A stretch of DNA of 64,000 bases from Alloascoidea hylecoeti (lineage: Eukaryota). The DNA is taken from positions 683,048 through 747,047 of the forward strand of contig BCKZ01000006.1 in assembly GCA_001600815.1 (NCBI GenBank). Direction: 5' to 3'. Position numbers and translations under genes: made by a program. Below are positions 25,815 through 38,800 of the stretch, in pieces. The notes beneath the pieces are model-generated. The model was given only the letters and a program-made list of their open reading frames with translations, had not been told where the DNA came from and searched no databases. Position 1 is the first letter of the stretch. Each line of letters opens with the position of its first letter.

Positions 25815-26998
25815 TTGATTTTAAATACCACAGCTATAACTTATAATAAGCTATACGAATGAAAATTTAACTTTTAAATACTAATACTTAAGCTTCAGCT
25901 TTATCAAAAATTACGAACAAATAAATAAATTAATTAGATACGTCAATATTATATTATATTAAATCTGTTTGGTGAATAAATTTGTAATTAAACCTGAGTA
26001 CTCTGATAAAGAAGATTGAAGTTTTTTTTATTTTGAAAGGGTATAGTCACAACAATCTATGAGCTTGTCCATTTTATTAAGAAAAAATAGACTCCAACAC
26101 TTTGTTCATTGAGTTACCGAAACCTTTTGTTGTTAGTCAGCTAAAACAATATTCACAGATGTGCCAATATTATTGAGAGATTTTTAAGATAATTATTCTC
26201 TAAGATGGTGAAATTATATTCAGAACCACCAATAATTAGTGACTCAAGTAGCGAAACTTATAATTATCCAGTTATTCTACTTAATTTCAGCCATTTTACA
26301 TAAAATCTTTGGCCATCCGCAGATGTTCGGCCAAGTTTGTCACCCGAGATTGCCTAACTCGTAATAATGCGACTGTAAATCAGGCCGATATTATTGATCA
26401 TCATGGCCGAACATTAAATAAAATAACTGCATGACGATAGAATTTACTTCCTTTTCCATACTTGCTTTATATTAATTTAATGATCAGTATGTTCACACAT
26501 AATTGTTTGTGTCATTTACGGTGTATTGATATCGATGGTTTTTTCCACGGTACGGTAAGGAAAGATTTAATTCCGAAATTAAACGGAAACACACACATGC
26601 CCCTGAACATGCAGATGCGGTAATAAAATTTTGCGTTTTGAATTTCTCGTAAATGAATATTGTGCATGGTCAATGAATTACCTGGTATAAATAAGATTTT
26701 ATAGCTATGAAAAGTTTTATGGAAGGGCGATTAAATGATTATTATATGTTAATCGCATTATAGTTGATTTCAATAAAGTTTAATATAAAAATCTCATAAT
26801 TAATTACAACATGAATATTAATATTGACTTTTTCAAGTTTTTGTTAGTTAGTTAACGTCGGTAACTCCATATCTTTCCCGTAAATAAATCAATAAGTCTC
26901 AATTATATGATATGTACCGGTGAAGATCAGACAAAGTAGTATCATATACCACTGAAAAATACGTCTCCTTGATAATTGTATTGTTAACAATAAATCAA

Positions 26999-28027
26999 TT
27001 AATTATATAACTCCATATCGAGTTGTTGATACCGGCTCCTGTTATTTCTAAAGATTCTTGAAGAAAATTTCCTAACAATCTTTTTATAGAATATGTATTC
27101 TAACATAAAAATAGTAAGAACCAATAACGTTATTAAGATAGTAAATACTATCCAATGTCTTCCCATTAATTTAATCGTCGAAGCATCACCTTTATGCCAT
27201 GATGAACCCTGAGTAACAGTGAAGAAAGGATTTGACTTTATATATGATGGATCTGAAGGATCAGTACCAACGTCATTACCTAAATAATATGGTGGCATTA
27301 TAACTGTAATTTGATAATCATCGGGTATAATGTTTCGTTTATATTTCAGCCAAATTACCGATAAAAATAAAGGACCTGTCCCATACATTGTTGTAAGATA
27401 AGGAATCAACCAATTTCTATTATAACTTTTTAATTTAGTCAATACTTGTAACAAAAAAGGATGTTTCGGAACAAATCCCATAACATTGTTACCGATTCCT
27501 GTTGGTTTTGATTTTCGAACCCAAGCACTTGTGGTTAAAAGAGGATCTAATCTTCTCGCACACCCATTATCTAGATCGACATAAACACCNCCATAATGAC
27601 TNAATACAAAGTACCTAATAGCGTCGGCTCTCATGACAACGTATGGATAAGAATCATAGGTTGGAACGAACCATGGGTAATTTTCTTGTAAGAACTCTCT
27701 GGATGTCTNTGTTGACCACAAAATATATTCATAATCTGGATGAAGTTCAATACATGATTGCTGTTGAGGAAGCCATATTTCAGGGATGGTTGAATTATTT
27801 TCAGATAACCAGACTTGATGTATAATCTTGGGGATTTTATATTCAGTATTTGAAAAGCTATCAGCTATTGAAGTGTCTATGTGATTGTCTTTGTTTGTGT
27901 TTTCTGTGTAAGTATATTTGTCGAGGTTTTCGGGAACCAACAGCAATATAAGTTCAAACACTTCATATAGAGCATATAGCAAAAATATAACGTGTAATCC
28001 TATTATGATGGCAAGGTCTTTCCTCAT
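26999..28027 (-). CDS. Mannosyl-inositolphosphorylceramide synthase, GT32 (Sur1/Csh1-like), copy A
   Basis: N-terminal TM, IPKIIHQ, RADAIRYF, GVYVDLD (DxD), TGPLFLS, QGSSWH, C-terminal TM. Confidence 0.9.
   Translation of the reverse strand: MRKDLAIIIGLHVIFLLYALYEVFELILLLVPENLDKYTYTENTNKDNHIDTSIADSFSNTEYKIPKIIHQVWLSENNSTIPEIWLPQQQSCIELHPDYEYILWSTXTSREFLQENYPWFVPTYDSYPYVVMRADAIRYFVXSHYXGVYVDLDNGCARRLDPLLTTSAWVRKSKPTGIGNNVMGFVPKHPFLLQVLTKLKSYNRNWLIPYLTTMYGTGPLFLSVIWLKYKRNIIPDDYQITVIMPPYYLGNDVGTDPSDPSYIKSNPFFTVTQGSSWHKGDASTIKLMGRHWIVFTILITLLVLTIFMLEYIFYKKIVRKFSSRIFRNNRSRYQQLDMELYN
27453..27849 (-). repeat. 397-bp inverted repeat, left arm
   Basis: Reverse complement of 30003-30399, including N at 27590, 27602, 27709. 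Confidence 0.9.
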
Positions 28028-29285
28028 TGATGGAAGTGTGAAAATAAAGATGAAGGGAGAGAGAAAAGAAACACGATTTTTTAAAGGAGAATGAGGAAAG
28101 GCTAAAAGGAAAAAATAACCGTATGCGTTTTATTTTATTGGAGTTGTAATCAAAAAATTGTAATTGTAATCCACAAATTTGATCCGTTCACGAACCGAAT
28201 ACGTATCCGAATTCGCGCTTAGCATGCGTGTGTTTTCCAAACAAAGTTTGATTTACGAGATGAAATCTTAAGTTTACGGAATATTTGAGCACGAACGTGT
28301 ACCGAAATTCGCCACCGTATCCAGCGCTACCCACACAAACATCAACCAAGATGGATTTATGGGACAATATAACTTCTATCATTCTTATACATCAATTTAA
28401 TTACCTGAGAATCGCATGCGAGGTACGAGTCCTTTAAGCGTATAAAATTTTCACAACCAAATGAACAATCTTACTTACACTATAGCTAAATTGAACAATT
28501 TTTTTCTCGCCAAATATTGGTTGGCAAAATATCCATGCTATTATGCATACTTACAGATAAGGAAATATAAGTACATACATATGCATGCCTTCAGACGGCT
28601 TCTTTGTTAATTTGCACATTACGCACCTAATTGTATGCAAGCGTGACCCCATTTTTCTTGAATATTTGTTCGGTCGCGAAATCTGGAGGCCATTTATGTC
28701 TTTAATATATAGTAGAAGTGATTTTGGTGGTGTGGTTAGATTTTCGAGGTTTGTCGATATTCCTAAAAGTTCATTTTAAGTGTCCCAACCATAGTTATTA
28801 TGCAAAGATTTGACCAACCAAACGCAACGCTAACCAATTCAGAAACCATTTTCGACCATATCGCGGCATGAGTAAGAATAGGATCAATAGGATGGCAGTA
28901 CACTAAACTATATTTATTTAATATTAATATTATATAGTTAGTGGTTCCCCCAATTTCAGCGGGATGTGGCAAAAGAGTGGCCCCACTTTCGAGGTTCAAT
29001 ATACAGAGGCAACAAATGCAATTGTTTTGTTTTTCTAGATCTTAATTATAACTTCTGTCGACACACAGACCGAAGCAATATAAAATGTTAACTAATCGTC
29101 GACTCTTTCCAAGAAACAAGCTTTAACAGTAGTAACGTTAACACCTGAAGAAATAAAATAAAAACATCATTGTAGAGAGATTTAGAACAGACAATGAAAA
29201 GATGATTCGGATTCACGCCATAATACTATTTATAATTATAGTTTCAGAAATATTGTTTAATAGAATTTATCTTCTTATTTAGAAA

Positions 29286-29323
29286 TCGGCTGATTGATTT
29301 CTCGGCTGATTGATTTCTCGGCT
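29286..29323 (+). repeat. 16-bp tandem repeat TCGGCTGATTGATTTC x2.4 in the shared promoter region
   Basis: Directly visible. Confidence 0.8.
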
Positions 29324-29833
29324 TCTAGAAAAAAAAGGGTATCTAAATATACTCTTGTTATCTGGAGAAATGCCCATCAAAGCGTATATCTATAAGTGCA
29401 AATCTTGGAAGAAGATTTTTGTAACCCTTTTGGGTGGGATTGTGCATTAGTCTGTTTCATCACTTTGCTTAGGCACAATTATCGAGGCTACTGTGGATGC
29501 ACGTGAGTGTGCGTAATTATTTCACAGCCCATTAATGGCAGATAAGACTGCATATTCATAGATAGTGTACTAGACTGTTATACCAAATCCTGCAATTGTG
29601 TAGTTATGTCATAATATGTATTATATAAATGTCCATTCTTTGTAAGCTTATAGTTTCCCGGGTTGGCATCTGTTTATCAGACTAACAATATATCAGATTT
29701 GCATACAGTTACTTCTCATGCAAGACTTATTTATAAATAATAAATATGCCTCCCTTCTCCTATGTGATGTTCAATACTTCACCATCCTTCTGATTCTCTC
29801 TCAATCCGTTATAAATATACAATTGATAACAAT

Positions 29834-30832
29834 ATGAGAAAAGATCTTGCCATTATAATATCATTTCATGTCTTTTTTCTAATTTATGCCCTCTATGAAG
29901 TATTCGATCTAATGCTGCTACTTCTCCCCGAAAATATCAATGAAGATATTTTTCAGGAACCAACTGTTGATGCTCACAAAACTATAACACATGAGTTCTC
30001 AGATACTGAATATAAAATCCCCAAGATTATACATCAAGTCTGGTTATCTGAAAATAATTCAACCATCCCTGAAATATGGCTTCCTCAACAGCAATCATGT
30101 ATTGAACTTCATCCAGATTATGAATATATTTTGTGGTCAACANAGACATCCAGAGAGTTCTTACAAGAAAATTACCCATGGTTCGTTCCAACCTATGATT
30201 CTTATCCATACGTTGTCATGAGAGCCGACGCTATTAGGTACTTTGTATTNAGTCATTATGGNGGTGTTTATGTCGATCTAGATAATGGGTGTGCGAGAAG
30301 ATTAGATCCTCTTTTAACCACAAGTGCTTGGGTTCGAAAATCAAAACCAACAGGAATCGGTAACAATGTTATGGGATTTGTTCCGAAACATCCTTTTTTA
30401 TTAAAGGTTTTATCAAAAATCAAAAAATACAATAGGAATTGGTTTATTCCTTATCTTACAACAATGTATGGGACAGGTCCTTTATTTTTATCAGTAATTT
30501 GGCGAACTTATAAAAGTCAATTGCTTCCAAAAGATTATAGAATCAGTATTATATTACCGCCATATTATCTAGGTGTTGAGAATGATACATCATCAAATCC
30601 TTTTTTCACTGTAACTCAAGGATCATCATGGCATAAAGGTGATGCTTCAACAATTATACTAATGGGCAGACATTGGATAATATTTACAATCTTAATAACG
30701 TTATTGGTTCTCACTGTTTTTGTATTTGAATATTTGTTCTATAAGAAGTTATTAAGATCACTAAGAGCTTATAATATTAGAAGAAGAGACAGATGGCCAA
30801 CTGAATCAAAATTGTTTAAAATTGATTTTTAA
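29834..30832 (+). CDS. Mannosyl-inositolphosphorylceramide synthase, GT32 (Sur1/Csh1-like), copy B
   Basis: Same motifs as copy A; both start MRKDLAIII. Confidence 0.9.
   Translation: MRKDLAIIISFHVFFLIYALYEVFDLMLLLLPENINEDIFQEPTVDAHKTITHEFSDTEYKIPKIIHQVWLSENNSTIPEIWLPQQQSCIELHPDYEYILWSTXTSREFLQENYPWFVPTYDSYPYVVMRADAIRYFVXSHYXGVYVDLDNGCARRLDPLLTTSAWVRKSKPTGIGNNVMGFVPKHPFLLKVLSKIKKYNRNWFIPYLTTMYGTGPLFLSVIWRTYKSQLLPKDYRISIILPPYYLGVENDTSSNPFFTVTQGSSWHKGDASTIILMGRHWIIFTILITLLVLTVFVFEYLFYKKLLRSLRAYNIRRRDRWPTESKLFKIDF
30003..30399 (+). repeat. 397-bp inverted repeat, right arm
   Basis: Reverse complement of 27453-27849, N at 30143, 30250, 30262. Confidence 0.9.
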
Positions 30833-31468
30833 GAATACATGATATTCATACTCCACATATTAATATTTATGATCCTACTCATTATCATATAACTTAATTT
30901 ATAATGTAAATATATGATATATATACCATATAGTTAAATATTTATAATTATAGACACATTCTTTATGACTTAGATACAGCTACTTTGCTTTGGTTATAAA
31001 TTATCCGCTTCGCTCATTCCTGGTTAATAAAAAAAAAATTTCATCAATAACAATAATTTAGTTTGGAGGTTTTGAATCGGAGAAATTACAATTATTTAAT
31101 TTGACATAGCCTCCTTTCTTAATTACACAAGTTGTGGCTCCATTATATAAATATTATAATTGATATTACCGTTATTGATCGAGTTTGACTCTGGAAGTAC
31201 GACGGCGAAACTTTTCCAATTGGCCCTGACTTTTGGTTTGTAAAATTCAATTCAATTGAAATTGATTATCTAAAACAGCTGCCACTCTACGGAACACGGA
31301 GTCGATCAAATTATCTTTTCGGTATTTTCGAATGGGTGGGAAAATGTATCTAATTGGTATAAAGTATAACTTGTATTTATATAAGACTTGAAGTTATATA
31401 TACAAGTGCAAAACTTTTATGAATATAATTATAAGGTTATATAATCTACATTTACAACAAAAAATCGA

Positions 31469-33991
31469 TTATGTTGTCCATAATCTAGCTGTTCCATCTG
31501 CTCCAGCACTAAATAACCAAGGTTCCTTTGGATGCCAAACAACATCCAGAACACCTAAACTATTAACAACTTTGTGTCCTTGAAGAATTTTTAGTGGGAC
31601 CAATAAAGGATTTGTCATTAGATCATCATAAACAGTACCATGAAAAACATTAACTCGACCATCATCTGAAGCTGAACAGAATAAAGGTAAACCACCTTTA
31701 TGAAACGAAACCTTTCTGACTGCCTTTTCATTATAACGTAAAGTTTTATAAGGTTTGGTTGAAAGATCAAGATCATGCCATGTTATTCTTTTATCATAGG
31801 ATGATGTAATAACATTGTCACCTTGTGGATGGATATCAAATGAACTTAACCATCTAACACCAGGCATAAGCTTTTTAGCTAAAATCTGAGCAGATAGATC
31901 ATATATTCTAATACTTATTTGTGTTGCAACATAAAGTTCTGGTTTAAAAGGATGGAATTTAGCATCTTGAATAATACCACGAGATTTTCTGAACGGTGAT
32001 TGTGAAGAATGTTTAGAAACTTGATGAATAAGAACTGAAGTATTACTCGATTCTGGAGAAACAGTAACAAAATAATCACCTCTTCTATGCCATGACAAAC
32101 GTTTAACTGTTTTTGAGCATGTAATAATTGCTCCAATTCCATTTTCTGATTGCTTTTGACTTGGTTTAGACCATGAAGCAAAAGTCTTCTTTGAAATAGA
32201 TGCTGAAGTTTCTTCGTCTCCATCGTTGTTTATGTTAACTGCTTCTGCTTTGTTGGATCCACCATTAGCAGCGTAACCCCAACCAGATTCAATTCTTTGT
32301 CTTCCATTGTTTTCAATATCAATTCCAAAGATTGGAGGAACAATCAAATAAATATGTTCACCAACTGCACATGCAATAATACCATCTGAACTATTTGGAT
32401 TCCATTCAATAGATTCTACGTTATCTTCCTCATCATTCTCACCTTTATTAACTAGTCTTATTCTCCATAATTCTCTTCCATCTATTACTCCCCAGACTCT
32501 TAATGTTCCATCATCACCACCGGTTGCCAAATATTTTCCTGTAGAGTCAATAGAAACTGTCCGTATTCTACCTTCATGACCTCTAAAAATAGTAGAGCAA
32601 CGAATAGGAAATGGTCTTAAATCCTTTGGAGATGGTAACGTTGGAATTAGTGAGTCAGGATTAATATTAAGTTTGTTTTTTCTGGCTCTTGGTGCAAGAT
32701 ATAAATCCAAAGATCTTTCAAATCTTTCTCTAATTGAATTTTCATAACCAGGTACTACTCGTAATGACCCGTATTTTTTAGGTATAAAATTCTTTTCCCT
32801 ATCTGAAGGTTCCATGTTTTCCCATTCTTCTCTTTCTTTGTCTGTCATTAGATATTCTTCTGGTGGATTATAACTTTCTTCGTTTGTGGGAGGAGGTAGT
32901 TTTGGAGCTCTAATATGCATAACATGATCTTCTTGAGCTTCTGCATTATCAGCCCAAATATCATAGGTATTTTTTTCCTCTTCTTCCAATTGTTGTTTTC
33001 TTCTTACTTCCGGTGGAATGATTCTACCTTCTCTAATAGCTTTAACAATTTTCATGACACGTTTTGCTTCATGTTTAGAAGGAATAAATCTTCTTTTTGG
33101 CTCTGGTGCTGCACTAAGAGGCATTATTTCCGTTTTTGATGTGAACCATTCTATGGTTGGTTCAAATGGATTAATTTCAGGGTCTGGATTTATCCCCTTT
33201 GAAATTTTTCCAATTAAATCAATTTCTTCCTTTGTTAAATTGAGACTAGCACCAGTATCTTTATCAAGCAAACCTGTCCATCCTTCGGGTAATTCAATTG
33301 ATTCAATTAATGTATCTATAGCGGAGCCTGTAGCAGGTCTCATTATTCGTTTACCATTAATATTATAACCAATATGTGGCATATCATCATAGACACTAAT
33401 TGGAATATTACCAATAGTATTTGTATCCTCAGCATCGGTATCATCACTTTCATATTCAGGAATTATTTCAGGATATATTGGACGTGGTTTACCGTCCGCA
33501 CCAGTCACATAATGAATATCATCTGAATCTGAATCTGAATCCTTAGCATTAATTTTAACAGCCATATCACGTTTTAAAAGTTCATCAACAGTAAGATTCT
33601 CATTATCAGTGGTGGGTTCATCAACACTTGAATCTGATTCATCAACTTCTTCACCAATTAACTTCTCTAATTCTCTATCCTCCTCATCTGTATCTTCTTC
33701 TTCAACTTCATTCTCTTTATTAGACCTTTCTGGTCTCAGTAATGACTCTGTAGTTTCATTATCACTTTCACTATCGTCATCTTCATCCTCTGTATTGACA
33801 TCAAGTAACCCATCTACCGAAAATTCTTCATCGCCTGTGCTTTCTTCTTCATCAATTTCTTCAACTTTTCTCTTTTTTTCCTTCTTTATCTGTTTCCGCA
33901 AGTTAACATTTTTTTCTTTATTACTAGCAACGTTTGCACTACTCTTTGGTTTAGACTTGGATTTAGTCCGTTTGATTGGTCGTAAACCCAT
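31469..33991 (-). CDS. ERB1: Ribosome biogenesis protein Erb1/BOP1 (WD40)
   Basis: [65 protein letters not shown]; first ATG at 33991. Confidence 0.96.
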   Translation of the reverse strand: MGLRPIKRTKSKSKPKSSANVASNKEKNVNLRKQIKKEKKRKVEEIDEEESTGDEEFSVDGLLDVNTEDEDDDSESDNETTESLLRPERSNKENEVEEEDTDEEDRELEKLIGEEVDESDSSVDEPTTDNENLTVDELLKRDMAVKINAKDSDSDSDDIHYVTGADGKPRPIYPEIIPEYESDDTDAEDTNTIGNIPISVYDDMPHIGYNINGKRIMRPATGSAIDTLIESIELPEGWTGLLDKDTGASLNLTKEEIDLIGKISKGINPDPEINPFEPTIEWFTSKTEIMPLSAAPEPKRRFIPSKHEAKRVMKIVKAIREGRIIPPEVRRKQQLEEEEKNTYDIWADNAEAQEDHVMHIRAPKLPPPTNEESYNPPEEYLMTDKEREEWENMEPSDREKNFIPKKYGSLRVVPGYENSIRERFERSLDLYLAPRARKNKLNINPDSLIPTLPSPKDLRPFPIRCSTIFRGHEGRIRTVSIDSTGKYLATGGDDGTLRVWGVIDGRELWRIRLVNKGENDEEDNVESIEWNPNSSDGIIACAVGEHIYLIVPPIFGIDIENNGRQRIESGWGYAANGGSNKAEAVNINNDGDEETSASISKKTFASWSKPSQKQSENGIGAIITCSKTVKRLSWHRRGDYFVTVSPESSNTSVLIHQVSKHSSQSPFRKSRGIIQDAKFHPFKPELYVATQISIRIYDLSAQILAKKLMPGVRWLSSFDIHPQGDNVITSSYDKRITWHDLDLSTKPYKTLRYNEKAVRKVSFHKGGLPLFCSASDDGRVNVFHGTVYDDLMTNPLLVPLKILQGHKVVNSLGVLDVVWHPKEPWLFSAGADGTARLWTT

Positions 33992-34030
33992 TTTCCTTTT
34001 CTTTGAAATTGGTTTAAAAGCCTTTTTCAG

Positions 34031-34138
34031 GAAAAAATTCAGTGATCTTAAATTTTTCTTCAAACTAAAAAATTATGTTTCTACAGGTAGGGTAATGGCA
34101 TCGGCCACATCTGAAAAATCTCACGTGTGTTACACGTG
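34031..34138. promoter_or_regulatory. ERB1 promoter: RRPE-like GAAAAATTT motifs and two CACGTG boxes (34122, 34133)
   Basis: Motifs visible 40-150 bp upstream of the ATG. Confidence 0.5.
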
Positions 34139-35880
34139 CTCAAAATTACGCATTAAAATGGAGTGCATTACTTACACCCATTTTTTGATCCAACATAACC
34201 AACTAACAACAACATTAAATGGTAATTTTAACGATTTATGCGGGTAGATAAACGGCAAATAGAAATCACTACGCTCATATTTTTTTTTTATCGGATTGCA
34301 TTGAGGCGATATGTTGGACTCAAATATTATTATTCATGATATACTGTTCTCGACACCATTTTATGAATTTAAATCAAGCCGCTGCCAACAACAATAAATG
34401 ACAATTTTAAAGATGTAACCGTATAGATAAATGATAAATTAAATCTATTATGCTCTTTTAATTTTTATTGGATCTCGTGAAGGAGGTGTGTTGAATTTGG
34501 ATCATATATAGCGGTTGACAGGAGGGCCATGGCGATTTATTGAGGGGTACAATCATGGTGAGGTTTTGGATTTTGTAGCCACGAAGCTTGCCAAGCATTG
34601 CAGCATTAATGGTAATAATAATTTACATTCAGATAATGAAGGTGATTGTTGAAGGAAATTAAGGAAGTTATTTATTTTCAAGTTGTTCTCAGATTTTGTT
34701 TGTTAAGTGATTGAAAAGTTTGGTATTTATCTTTAATTTTTCTTTTGTGGAGTTTAGTATTTCTATTATTGACATACCAGTAGCTATTGCCAATACTGAA
34801 CTTACAATTAAAACAATATCGCTATTTTCAAATTCAATGTTTTCAATCTACAGTATGCATCGTCATACGAAGTAATTCTGACAATGTACATATCCATATA
34901 GAGTAAACAGGTATATGCACAGAGTCTTCTTCAGTATTTTGTATGCACTGTCATTTTGCTTCTCCCCCATAGTCCAACACACGGCCATAACCACAACCAC
35001 CAAAATTAAAAAACGACCCATTGACATTTACTATAAGTTTTGACCCTGGGAAGTATATGTAGATATGTTGGTTCATGAACGTTCGTAATTATAAGATATG
35101 TAGCTATAGGATTATAATTACATGAAGACCGATAAATCAAGCTCGTCCAACTGTAGCTAGAGGACTTCTTATATTTGAACTTGCAATTAAAATTTCCGAC
35201 CCTGCCATAGAAATAGTCCGTACACATATAGCTTATTGATATTATTTCATCTTGCGGAGTGTGAACATGAGCATGTGAACTACAACAATTTATACATTCG
35301 ACTCTCTATAAAATGCTAAAAAAATAATTAATATTAAAGTTAAAGTTGTAAAAATATTAAGTAGAATGAATCCTATAATTAATGTGAATAACAGGCTCAA
35401 TACAAATTTAATGTCTATCTCAATACTACGAGACTAAAGGAAATACTCTTTTAAAAAAAGTGTTTAGTCTCAACTCATGAAGAGATAAAATTGTATAACA
35501 TCTACACAATAAATTCCAAAACGGAATTTAATTGCTAGAAATCATAAGTAATATGAGTTCCAGATCTATACCTTAATCTTCCAAAGATGTAACAGACAAA
35601 CATATACTGAAAAAACTATCAATTGATAATTTATACGTAGTCCTGACTTGACACTTTGAAGTTAAAGAAAGAAACAAAGAAGGAAATAAAAGATTTTATG
35701 TGAAGTCTCGGGTGTTTGGATGTATTGTTATGACAACGTGATTTCTCACAAAATACAAAACAAACCTCTTTTTTAAATCAAAGAAAATCAAAACAGAACA
35801 CTTATATTTATTTCATTATTTATTTGCTTTTTGAGTTATATACCCCTTTTATGTCATTTTTGTCTTACTATAATTAAAAA

Positions 35881-38800
35881 ATGTCTGGTTTATCGGAATC
35901 TACCCTCTTTTTAGTACAACGTCAATTGGAAATCTCACTAAAGAGTACTGGGTATAATGATGGGAGTTCCGACTCGAGCTCCATAACAGTTACAGACACA
36001 AAGAACCCACCAACAACACGATCTAGATTGGCGAAGAAGAGTGATGCTGAACCTACTATGATGTCTCCTGATGAGGCTCTTCAAGTTATTACCTCGTGCA
36101 TCGAGGGTTTGGATATGTTAAAGAAGGAATTGTCAGAAGAGAAAAATAATACTTCAAATATTCAAACAAAATCACATTCACGATCACGATCTTATACGTC
36201 TTCGAGGGCAAGCTCGAGGAATCAGCTTCAAAACCTGTCTCGAAGTAATTCAAGGTCAGGTTCTTCTTTAAACAACTCCAAATCTATTAAAGAATTGATC
36301 TGTAAAAATTGCATTATGGCATTTGATTTATTAAAACTATATAATATAAATTCAAACTTAAAGGTAAACTTAGAAATTGATAAGAAGCATTCTAATTTTA
36401 TATTAAGATTAATTGAATTAGATATGATTGAAACTGCTTTATTACAACTTTGGAAATTATACAAAAGAATAAACAACGATTTATTATTAATTTCTCATTC
36501 GTCTTTAGAGATTGATACGAATAATATTAGATCAAAACCAAGGTTTGAAAACTTGTTATGTTATGAAATTCCAACTAATACTCATCTTGAAATACCAACT
36601 ACGTTATCAAATATAATTATAACAAGCTCAATATTTCTGCTACAATGTCTTTCAAAACTATCATTAATTGAAATCGCGAATATTGATTTTTCAATTGATA
36701 AATTAATTAATTGTTTTTTGCCGAATAATATAAACAGCCCAATATCATGGTGTAATAATTTTATTACTGATAAAACAACAAAAGAAACAAGGCTTAAATA
36801 TTTCTCGAAATTATTATTAATTATTTCCGATAAGCAATTGGGTAATGATACCAAGAGCATCGGAAATAACATAAGTAAATTCTGCTTATCACTTTTATCA
36901 ATTATAATTAACCCTATGAAAATAGATGATCAAGCAAAATTGGAGAAAAACTTAAAATCATTAATACAGTTATTAGAATTAAGCATCAGAAAAGACCCAA
37001 GAAACCTTTATGACAAATGCAGTGAATTGGTATACTATTTTGTAACAAATGTCAATAGACTGAAAAGTGATAAAATGTTGGAACTGGTTACGATATTTAA
37101 ATCTATTCAAGATAACGTAAGTTTGTTTAGAAACTCTAAATATATCGTAATACTAATATTTAACTATAGGAGTATATCGTTAATGGGTTCAATTGGGATC
37201 CGATTATTAAAGACTTACAGCCAGTTGAGGAAATTGACAAGTTCAACGGTCTATTAAGATTTATAAAACATAATTTAAATACGGTCAATGAAAAAGAGAA
37301 CGAACAAAAATTGAAATTGTATTGGAAAGATGTTTCATTATTAAATCAACTACTTAATCACACTAAACTACTGTTAAATACCGTGAAGGATAAAGCATCA
37401 TCTTCAAATAATATGCTAGAGTTACTTAATATTTTAAAATTCATTAAGATTGGTAGTAATGATAATAATTTAACACGAGAGCATCTCAATATAATTGATG
37501 CTATATTCCTACTTCTTAATAATGCAAAAGATTCAACAGCAAGTGATTTCATTAAAACTGTAGCAACTCCTTTATTCCAATCATTAAATTCAATATTTAG
37601 CAATATTGGAAACAATACTAATAATCCTTCAATTATGAAAAGAATTCGCAATTTATCAAATTTAATGATTAATTATACAACAAGGCTTAAAAATATTAAA
37701 GAAAATATTAATAATATAATTAAAATTTTATTTAAAATGTCAGTTAATCTAGAAAAACAATATATAAAAATATCCTCTGATAAATCATTAAATGTTTTTA
37801 AATCAAAATCAGAAAATTTTATATTTTATTTAATTGAGTCTAAAGATTATAAAAGTGCTATTATTAGCTGTGTGGGTATGGTCTCCTATCTTTTACAACA
37901 TAATGGTGATAAAACAACATTTATGAATGTTAATGATCAGATAATCAATATGATCAATAATTATAATCTAATTAATAATAATGATTATTATAAAACGGGA
38001 TTGAAATGCTTAACCTTTTCATTGCAAAATATAAACGATAATGATTTGAAATCGATATATTTTGAAAATGATAACGATAGCTCAACACATGAGGATGGCT
38101 TTAAAATAAGCAGAGAAAACTCACCAATTTTATTATCAGGATTACAAAAGAAGATTAAGACTTCATCATCTAATTATATCTATTTGAAATTAAAAAATAT
38201 TTTTTATAATGATAATTATCCGCTGTTTATGTTGTTCATTATCATGCTTTTCAACCCTATTATAAGTTTAGATGATGATAATAGTGATCAATTGAAAAAA
38301 GATGTTAACCAATTATTGGCCAGACTAAATGATAATGAGAAGTATAATAAAGCCCATTATGAAACTTCTTTAATATTAAATATTCTATCTTTTCAATTTT
38401 TTCTATTTCAAAAGGAACATGTCGATTCATCATTAAAATTCCTAGAGTTAGAGGATGAAGTAAATAAATTCATAAAACATTTACAGCTTCATACACAACA
38501 GGATATAGGTATCAATACGTATTGGATAGAGCAAGAAAAATCATTATTTTTATCGTTATTGGATTTATTATTTGTTAATGGTTTTAGTGGTCCTTTGATT
38601 ACATTAACGCAAATCTGGGAAAAAAATAGGAAAGACTTAGGATTAGATTTTAGTTGTTGTTATTATCGTTCGAGGGCATATCTTGACTTAGGATTTGTGA
38701 AAAATGCAACCATTGAAATATCCAAAATTAATAATATTATAAAGAAACAAAATCGAAATTCAAAACTTTCGAATCCTAAAAATGCTCTATCTTATTTTAT

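Noticed and set aside
20910..25845. TATAACTTATA as a loxP-like recombinase site
   Set aside because: Shares only ATAACTT; lacks the 13-8-13 architecture and no recombinase is present
33609..34247. 212-aa plus-strand ORF and other short antisense ORFs in ERB1, ESP1, RAX1 and similar genes
   Set aside because: Shadow frames of real genes
34975..35000. ACGGCCATA resembling a 5S rRNA start
   Set aside because: Similarity does not continue
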